Source: an uncultured Caldisericales bacterium | GTDB taxonomy: Bacteria; Caldisericota; Caldisericia; Caldisericales; Caldisericaceae | NCBI GenBank assembly: GCA_964405445.1 | Contig: CAYONU010000036.1 | Span: 1 to 11,034 of the forward strand | Length of the DNA: 11,034 nucleotides | Direction: 5' to 3' | Shown here: positions 5,282 to 11,034 of the stretch, piece after piece | How positions within the stretch are numbered: position 1 is the first letter of the stretch | How the letters are laid out: each line of letters starts with the position of its first letter | Notes under the pieces: model-generated | The model's input: only the letters and a program-made list of their open reading frames with translations | Databases searched by the model: none | What the model was told of the DNA's origin: nothing | Program-made: the position numbers and the translations under genes

Positions 5282-7140
5282 GGTACATCAAAAAGTATTT
5301 CGCAATTTTTGTTGTTGCTTTTCTCGTAGTTTCTCCCTTTGTCCCGATAAAGAATGCTTTTGCTTCTTATCATTATAAGGAGTGGAGGGACAGCATCGTA
5401 TTAAACAAAGACGGCACGATCAATGTAAGGGAAGACCTGACACTTTATTTTGGCTCGCACGATGGAGGACAAGCATACCACTGGTTTAAAAGGCAGATTG
5501 AGCTGAATAAAATTCAAAGTATTTCAGATGTGAAAGTTTATGAAGATGTTAACGGAACACTTATCCCGTACAGAGAAGGCAACAGTGCTGCAGGTACTTT
5601 CAGTGCTTACAGAGAGGGAGGTAGTTATTATATAAAGCTGAACTATGAAGCGAAAAATGCAATAAAGCATTTTATCATTAAGTACCGCATACTCGGTGCA
5701 GCGGAGCTTGGCACTGTTTCGTTCTATAAAAATGATACATCATTTGACTTTATAGCAATACCTCCCGGCAATGAAGTAACAATTGATAAAGCTGTTGTTG
5801 ACGTGCACTTACCGGAGGGTGCATCGAAAAACCAGATAAAAGCCTGGGGATCCGGACTACCATTTGGCAGTGGTAATATAAAGATTGCAAGTGGCAATGA
5901 AGTTGTCCTCACTGGCAGTGATGTTACTCCGGGACGGTTTATGGAATTCAATGTTGTATTTCCAAGAGGCATTGTAGAGAAACCTGCAGATGTTGCTGTA
6001 TATCCCGGAAGCGCTACAGAGAGAGCTAAAAAGGCAGCAGACCAGGCAGCACGAAAAGCGAAACTCAACGGACTAAAAAACCTTGTTGGCTTGCTTATCT
6101 TTATTCTTATAGTTGTTTGGATATTTCTTACCTGGTTTAAGAAGGGTAAAGATATTATCCTGCCTGAATATGCAGAGTATCTGCGAGAGCCCCCGTCCGA
6201 TTTGCCTCCGGCTGTTGTCGGCGCACTGCTCAAGCAGGGAGCAACAATAAAAGAAATCATTGCTACATTACTTGACCTTGCAGATAGAGAATACATAAAA
6301 ATAGAAGAAATGGATCGGACATTCGGCAGAAAAAACTATGTTTATAAGCTGATAAATAAAGATTTCTCTAAGCTCAAATATTTTGAGAAGCAACTGCTTG
6401 ATAGCATTTTTGCCGGAATAGACTCGATTCAGTTGTCTGAACTAAAAAATGAATTTTCTACATATCTTCCTGCAATTTATAAAAGCATCAACAAAGAGCT
6501 CGTTAAAAACGATTTTTATGAAGGTGGCAGCCCTGTTAAAGTAAAAGGAAAGTATTTTGGAATAGGTTTTGCTATGATCTTTGCAGGTTTCTTTTTTCTT
6601 GCGGGGACAAGCTATTTCAAATTGGCTTTTATTGCTTGGCCTGTTCTTCTTGGTGGCATTGTGGTAGCTCTTTTTGCTAATGCTATGCCACGTAAATCAA
6701 TGAAAGGTGCAAAGGAAAGGATGAAATGGCTTGCTTTCAAGCGTTATCTTGAGGACCTTGTAAAATATAAAAAAGCAGGGGAAGCAAAGGAGCTTTTTTC
6801 AAAGTATTTACCCTTTGCTGTTGTATTTGGCATTAATAAGTCCTGGATAAGAGCATTTTCTAAAGTGGACGCACCTGCTCCAATATGGTATGTTCCCTAT
6901 TACGGAGGAGGCTTTGGAGATAATGGATTGTCTTCCAAACAAGGACTGGAAAGTGCACCTTCTAATATAGGAAATAGTATGAAAGGTTTTTCTCTTGATT
7001 CAATATCAGGAGGACTAAATTCGCTGTTAAATAGCTCTGCTGCTATATTTACCTCCAGCACTTCTTCCGGAGAAGGAGGCGGATTCTCTGGCGGTGGAGG
7101 CTTTGGAGGAGGAGGGGGCGGTGGCTCTTCAGCCGGGTGA
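5278..7140 (+). CDS. DUF2207-family membrane protein (620 aa) with glycine-rich C-terminal tail
   Basis: SD AAGGAGG lies 10 nt upstream. The architecture is typical of DUF2207 (PF09972) as I recall it. It has a signal peptide (MRYIKKYFAIFVVAFLVVSPFVPIKNAFA) and an extracytoplasmic domain of about 240 aa. A TM segment (LVGLLIFILIVVWIFLTWF) and a cytoplasmic domain follow. Two further TMs come next (YFGIGFAMIFAGFFFLAG, AFIAWPVLLGGIVVALFA). The C-terminal tail is low-complexity and glycine-rich (GEGGGFSGGGGFGGGGGGGSSAG). Confidence 0.8.
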   Translation: MRYIKKYFAIFVVAFLVVSPFVPIKNAFASYHYKEWRDSIVLNKDGTINVREDLTLYFGSHDGGQAYHWFKRQIELNKIQSISDVKVYEDVNGTLIPYREGNSAAGTFSAYREGGSYYIKLNYEAKNAIKHFIIKYRILGAAELGTVSFYKNDTSFDFIAIPPGNEVTIDKAVVDVHLPEGASKNQIKAWGSGLPFGSGNIKIASGNEVVLTGSDVTPGRFMEFNVVFPRGIVEKPADVAVYPGSATERAKKAADQAARKAKLNGLKNLVGLLIFILIVVWIFLTWFKKGKDIILPEYAEYLREPPSDLPPAVVGALLKQGATIKEIIATLLDLADREYIKIEEMDRTFGRKNYVYKLINKDFSKLKYFEKQLLDSIFAGIDSIQLSELKNEFSTYLPAIYKSINKELVKNDFYEGGSPVKVKGKYFGIGFAMIFAGFFFLAGTSYFKLAFIAWPVLLGGIVVALFANAMPRKSMKGAKERMKWLAFKRYLEDLVKYKKAGEAKELFSKYLPFAVVFGINKSWIRAFSKVDAPAPIWYVPYYGGGFGDNGLSSKQGLESAPSNIGNSMKGFSLDSISGGLNSLLNSSAAIFTSSTSSGEGGGFSGGGGFGGGGGGGSSAG

Positions 7141-7181
7141 TCCCTATTGAAAAAGTGAGAAGTGAGGAGTAAACTACAGCT

Positions 7182-9653
7182 ATGAAAAAAAAGAAAAAAT
7201 CTGTTATCGGAATGATATTTAAAGTAATTGTTTTAGTAATTGTGTTTGTTATTCTTGCAGGCGCAGTATTTGCAGGAATTTATATAAAGAAGTGCGAAAC
7301 AGACCTTCCCGATATATCCAGGCTTTCCTATTCACCCGAGCAGTCATCGCAAATCTTTGATTACAAAGGCAACCTTATCACAAATGTTTATGCGTTTCAG
7401 AATAGAATATATGTACCACTAAGTAAAATCCCCCCTGTTACAAGAAAAGCTGTCATTGCCGAAGAAGACGAGAGATTCTATCAGCACGGTGCACTAGATT
7501 ACAAAGGTATTGCAAGAGCTTTATGGATAAATATTAAGTACAAGCGGATTGTGGAAGGCGGAAGCACCATTACACAGCAACTTGCAAGAAGTTTGTTTTT
7601 AAATATGAATCAGACTATACGTCGGAAAGTAAAAGAGGCTCTGCTTGCGACTGAGCTTGAAAGGAGATTTACAAAAGATCAAATTTTAGAGATGTACTTG
7701 AACGAAGTATACTTTGGTGCTGGTGCATACGGCATAGAATCCGCAGCGGAAACATATTTTGGAAAACATGCAAGTGAATTAAATCTGCCAGAATCTGCAA
7801 TGCTTGCAGGTGTAATTAAAGCGCCTTCTGATATTAACCCCTTTGTAAATTTAGAAGCTGCGAAAGAAGCGCAGAAACTTGTACTGGAAAAGATGGTAAA
7901 CTCTAAATATATTACTAAAAAACAGGCAAGAGATGCGGAAGATTATAAATTAAAATTCTCAACAAAGAAAAATATGAATAATAATATAGGCTATCTTATT
8001 GATTATGTGAAAGCAAAAGTTGCAAAAAAATTTGGAGATAAGATGCTGTACTCAGGAGGACTAAAAATATATACGACAATTCGTCCTGAATTACAGGCAG
8101 CTGCAAGCAAAGCAATTAATGATGTACTTACCGAAGCAGAGGAGAAGAAAATATTTCCCGAAGGAAAGAAAGATTCGAAAGGTGTTATCCAGCCACAAAG
8201 TGCACTTACTGCCCTGGATGCAAAAAACGGTGCGATACTTGCAATGGTAGGAGGCAGAGATTATGGTAATACAAAATTTAATAGAGCAACTGCGTTGAAA
8301 CAGCCAGGTTCTTCTTTTAAAATTTTTGATTATACTGCAGCAATTGCCTGTGGTGCTATTACACCTTCTTCTATTATTCTCTCTGCACCATACACAGTTA
8401 AGTATGGAACTATAGGACAGAGTTGGTCGCCACATGAATGGATTGGAGGTAATAAATATTTTGGAGATTTAAGCGTAAAAAGAGCATTGTCTCTCTCTTC
8501 AAATGTATGTGCTACAAAAGTAAGCCAGAGGGTCGGGCTGGACCGTGTGATATATTTTGCACGCAAATTTGGCATCACTACTCCGCTTAAACCGTATCCG
8601 TCTATTGCTATAGGAAGCTTTGAAGTAAAGCAATTAGAGATGGCATCTGCTTATGCAACGCTTGGAAATGGAGGTGTACGCTATTCACCTTATGTCATTG
8701 AAAAAATTGTTTCTCCTAAAGGGCAGGTGCTGTATCAACATATAGATCACCCTTATAGAGTAGTATCGCCACAAGTAGCATACATCATGAATAAACTTTT
8801 TAGTTATGTAATGTCAACCGAAGTTAATGCAAGAATCAAAGGTTTACCGTCTGCTGGCAAGACGGGGAGCACAGATAAATGGATGGATGCCTGGTTTGAC
8901 GGATATACGCCAAATATTGCCACAAGTGTATGGGTAGGGCCTGACTCTCAAGAGGTAACATTTCCTGATGTATTTAATGCAGGTGCACGTTTCCCTGCAA
9001 TGATATGGCACAAGTTTATGCTTACTGCAATGAACGAATTTCCGAAAGACAATTTTGTAAAGCCCTCTTCAGGACTTGCTTTTAGAAAGGTTTATGATAA
9101 TACGGGATATACGACGGATCCTTATGCAAAAGTTAAAAAAGGTATTTCATACGATGAATTTTTAGATAATTTTATTCCACCCAAAGATATCCGGACAAAG
9201 GGTTTTGTTACGGTAAACGTATGTAAAGACTCGGGATTACTTGCACCGTTAAATTGTCCGGGAGACCTCGTAGAAAAACGTACATATGTAAAAGGGACAG
9301 AGCCAACAAAGGTTGATCCGAGAACATTTGAGAAGCCGGTAAATCCTAATCCGCCCTCGCAAAACATTCAGTTTGATTTTACAACGGATAAGGATGCATA
9401 CTCGGCAGGGGAATACATAAAAATGAAAGCAACAGTAAGTAACGTAACGGATTACAACGGACTCAGCGTAACCTTCTATATTAATAATTTGCCTGTAGCT
9501 ACAATTAGTTCACCTACAAAGGGAGATACTTACCAGTTTAACCTTATTGCAAGTATTGAGGGCAAAGCACATCTGCGTGCAGTATTACAAGAAAATGGAA
9601 ATACTATTGCATCGAAGGAAAAAGATATTATTATAGAGAACAAAAATCCATAG
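7182..9653 (+). CDS. ponA: Class A bifunctional penicillin-binding protein (PBP1A-type: GT51 glycosyltransferase plus transpeptidase) with an about-180-aa C-terminal extension
   Basis: It has an N-terminal TM anchor after a KKKKK stretch. The GT51 motifs are EDERFYQHGALDYKGIARA, GGSTITQQLAR and RKVKEALLATELE. The transpeptidase motifs are SxxK (GSSFKIF), SxN (SLSSNV) and KTG (GKTGST). The C-terminal extension carries a CKDSGLLAPLNCPGD motif and a beta-rich tail. SD GAGGAG lies 12 nt upstream. Confidence 0.92.
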   Translation: MKKKKKSVIGMIFKVIVLVIVFVILAGAVFAGIYIKKCETDLPDISRLSYSPEQSSQIFDYKGNLITNVYAFQNRIYVPLSKIPPVTRKAVIAEEDERFYQHGALDYKGIARALWINIKYKRIVEGGSTITQQLARSLFLNMNQTIRRKVKEALLATELERRFTKDQILEMYLNEVYFGAGAYGIESAAETYFGKHASELNLPESAMLAGVIKAPSDINPFVNLEAAKEAQKLVLEKMVNSKYITKKQARDAEDYKLKFSTKKNMNNNIGYLIDYVKAKVAKKFGDKMLYSGGLKIYTTIRPELQAAASKAINDVLTEAEEKKIFPEGKKDSKGVIQPQSALTALDAKNGAILAMVGGRDYGNTKFNRATALKQPGSSFKIFDYTAAIACGAITPSSIILSAPYTVKYGTIGQSWSPHEWIGGNKYFGDLSVKRALSLSSNVCATKVSQRVGLDRVIYFARKFGITTPLKPYPSIAIGSFEVKQLEMASAYATLGNGGVRYSPYVIEKIVSPKGQVLYQHIDHPYRVVSPQVAYIMNKLFSYVMSTEVNARIKGLPSAGKTGSTDKWMDAWFDGYTPNIATSVWVGPDSQEVTFPDVFNAGARFPAMIWHKFMLTAMNEFPKDNFVKPSSGLAFRKVYDNTGYTTDPYAKVKKGISYDEFLDNFIPPKDIRTKGFVTVNVCKDSGLLAPLNCPGDLVEKRTYVKGTEPTKVDPRTFEKPVNPNPPSQNIQFDFTTDKDAYSAGEYIKMKATVSNVTDYNGLSVTFYINNLPVATISSPTKGDTYQFNLIASIEGKAHLRAVLQENGNTIASKEKDIIIENKNP

Positions 9654-9665
9654 AAGAGGTGAGAT

Positions 9666-10943
9666 ATGTTAGATCCTAATTTGGTAAGGACAAAAACGGA
9701 ATTTGTTAAGGAAGGTATCGCTAATAAAGGAGTAGATACCTCTATTGTAGATGAATTTCTCAGGGTAGATGAGAAAAGAAAAAAGATGATAAAAGAAATT
9801 GATGAACTGAGGCATAGTAGAAAAGTGCTTTCGGAAGAAATAGGAAAGAGAATTGCAGATGGAAAAAATGTGGAAGAAATAAAAGAAAATGTAAGGAACA
9901 TAGGAAAAACAATCAAGGAAAAAGAAAAGGAGTTCAATGAGTTAAAGGAGCAATTTAAGAGTATTTCACTGCGTATTCCAAACCTTCCGCATCCGTCTGT
10001 GCCATACGGCAAAAACGAGCTAGATAATAGGGTGGTGAAAAGATGGGGCGATGTACGAGATTTTGATTTTGAACCACGGCCACATTGGGAAGTTGCCGAA
10101 AAGCTGGGTATTATTGATTTTAAGAGAGCTGCAAAAATCTCTGGCGCACGGTTCTATATATTGAAAGGGATGGGGGCAAAGCTTGAGAGAGCCTTGATTT
10201 CCTGGATGATAGACCTGCACGTTGAAGATCATGGCTACAAAGAAATATTTCCACCTTTTCTTATCAATCGCGCCTCGATGATAGGCACAGGGCAGTTGCC
10301 AAAGTTTGAAGATGACATGTACCACTGCGGAAAGGACGATCTTTTTCTTGACCCTACAGCGGAGGTGCCTGTGACAAATTTACACAGAGACGAAGTACTA
10401 AAAGAGGAAGATTTGCCTATTAAATATGTTGCATATACTGCTTGCTTTAGAAGAGAGGCGGGTGCGGCAGGTAAAGACACAAGAGGCATCATTCGTGTAC
10501 ATCAATTTAATAAGGTAGAAATGGTACGATTTGTGAAACCGGAGGGATCATACAAGCAGCTTGAAGAACTCATAGATAATGCGGAGGATGTGCTGCGACT
10601 CTTGAATATACCTTACCAATTAAAGCAGATGTGCACAGGAGATTTGGGTTTCACTGCAGCAATGAAGTTTGACCCTGAGGCATATATGCCTGCACAGGAT
10701 AGGTATGTTGAGATTTCTTCCTGCAGTAATTTCGAAAGCTTTCAAGCACGTCGTGCGAACATTCGTTACCGTACAAAAGATGGTGAACTAAAATATGTAC
10801 ATACTTTAAATGGTTCCGGTCTTGCTGTCGGCAGGACGATGGCAGCCATCCTGGAGAATTACCAGCAAAAGGACGGCTCTGTTCTCGTCCCTGAAGTATT
10901 GCAAAAATACGTAGGAACTGATAGAATAACTGCGGAAAATTAA
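9666..10943 (+). CDS. serS: Seryl-tRNA synthetase (class II aaRS)
   Basis: It has the MLD N-terminus, a long N-terminal coiled-coil arm ([19 protein letters not shown]...), and class II motifs including motif 2 [25 protein letters not shown] and motif 3 [28 protein letters not shown] is present. It lies only 12 nt after the PBP stop. Confidence 0.95.
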   Translation: MLDPNLVRTKTEFVKEGIANKGVDTSIVDEFLRVDEKRKKMIKEIDELRHSRKVLSEEIGKRIADGKNVEEIKENVRNIGKTIKEKEKEFNELKEQFKSISLRIPNLPHPSVPYGKNELDNRVVKRWGDVRDFDFEPRPHWEVAEKLGIIDFKRAAKISGARFYILKGMGAKLERALISWMIDLHVEDHGYKEIFPPFLINRASMIGTGQLPKFEDDMYHCGKDDLFLDPTAEVPVTNLHRDEVLKEEDLPIKYVAYTACFRREAGAAGKDTRGIIRVHQFNKVEMVRFVKPEGSYKQLEELIDNAEDVLRLLNIPYQLKQMCTGDLGFTAAMKFDPEAYMPAQDRYVEISSCSNFESFQARRANIRYRTKDGELKYVHTLNGSGLAVGRTMAAILENYQQKDGSVLVPEVLQKYVGTDRITAEN

Positions 10944-10953
10944 GTTCATAAAG

Positions 10954-11034
10954 GGAGGGGTGACCGAGTGGTTGATGGTACCGCACTTGAAATGCGGCAG
11001 GTGATGAGCCTCGGAGGTTCGAATCCTCTCCCCT
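10954..11034 (+). tRNA. tRNA-Ser (anticodon UGA), truncated at the window end (3' acceptor strand incomplete)
   Basis: Hand-folded. The acceptor 5' strand GGAGGGG (10954-10960) pairs with the 3' strand CCCCT... (11030-11034). The D arm is ACC / GAGTGGTTGAT / GGT. The anticodon stem CCGCA (10981-10985) pairs with TGCGG (10993-10997), with the loop CTTGAAA giving anticodon TGA. A long variable arm (about 15 nt, 10998-11012) is typical of tRNA-Ser. The T arm is GGAGG-TTCGAAT-CCTCT. It lies 10 nt after the serS stop. Confidence 0.85.

Noticed and set aside
7078-7137. Gly-rich-encoding GGA/GGC/GGT repeat at the end of the DUF2207 gene as a possible non-coding repeat or CRISPR-like element
   Set aside because: It is in frame and encodes the poly-glycine C-terminal tail characteristic of this protein family. 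It has no spacer periodicity.
9654-9665. T-box or other riboswitch leader upstream of serS
   Set aside because: Only 12 nt separate the PBP stop and the serS ATG, which is no room for a structured leader of about 200 nt or more.
372-10986. All minus-strand ORFs in the track (372-593, 664-1071, 680-1309, 1381-1635, 1975-2190, 2138-2395, 2648-2893, 3196-3423, 3512-3790, 4126-4371, 4744-5025, 5724-6296, 8091-8435, 8330-8578, 9122-9367, 9530-10012, 10020-10325, 10235-10492, 10651-10986)
   Set aside because: Each lies wholly or largely inside a well-supported + strand gene with recognisable domains. Their translations are low-complexity or Cys/Ser/Phe-rich, with no motifs and no SD sequences. They are typical antisense shadow ORFs of AT-rich coding DNA.
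1-11034. CRISPR arrays, IS elements, transposase or integrase genes, restriction-modification or toxin-antitoxin genes
   Set aside because: Reading both strands shows no direct-repeat/spacer periodicity. No ORF has transposase (DDE), integrase (tyrosine or serine recombinase), methyltransferase or nuclease-helicase motifs. The only tandem repeat is the in-frame 6-nt (GM)4 array.

Overview
This is an AT-rich bacterial chromosomal segment (roughly 35% GC by eye) whose proteins are lysine- and isoleucine-rich. Every credible gene lies on the + strand, and all minus-strand ORFs in the track look like shadow ORFs. The contents, in order, are as follows. (1) A small secreted or membrane-anchored hypothetical protein (99-614) is followed by a clear intrinsic terminator. 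(2) An EamA/DMT-family 10-TM transporter spans 704-1570. (3) Four genes are packed with 0, -8 and +8 nt spacing: a DJ-1/PfpI-family protein, an Af1521/YmdB-type macro domain protein, an archaeal Sto-type RNase HI, and an uncharacterised 162-aa protein. (4) A near-consensus sigma-A-type promoter is embedded in the 3' end of the 162-aa gene and drives a co-transcribed pair: an uncharacterised 167-aa helical protein and a YdjI-like SPFH/band-7 protein with a C-terminal zinc ribbon (COG4260 type). (5) A 165-nt spacer contains an unlisted 54-codon two-TM small ORF that overlaps the next gene's start in an ATGA arrangement. (6) Next come a DUF2207-type membrane protein with a poly-glycine C-terminal tail, a class A bifunctional penicillin-binding protein (GT51 plus transpeptidase, with a C-terminal extension), seryl-tRNA synthetase, and a tRNA-Ser(UGA) cut by the window end. 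I found no CRISPR array, no transposase, integrase or IS element, and no recognisable toxin-antitoxin or restriction genes. The two candidates I can support for an undescribed system are the tightly coupled PfpI-macro-RNase HI-unknown operon, which may be a nucleic-acid or protein adduct-reversal module, and the 167-aa/YdjI-like SPFH pair with its dedicated promoter, which may be a Psp-like membrane-stress module with an unknown partner. Both are hypotheses that need comparative-genomic support. Family assignments rest on motif-level recognition from memory of reference proteins (Pyrococcus PfpI, Archaeoglobus Af1521, Sulfolobus tokodaii RNase HI, B. subtilis YdjI, class A PBP and SerS motifs), not on database searches.
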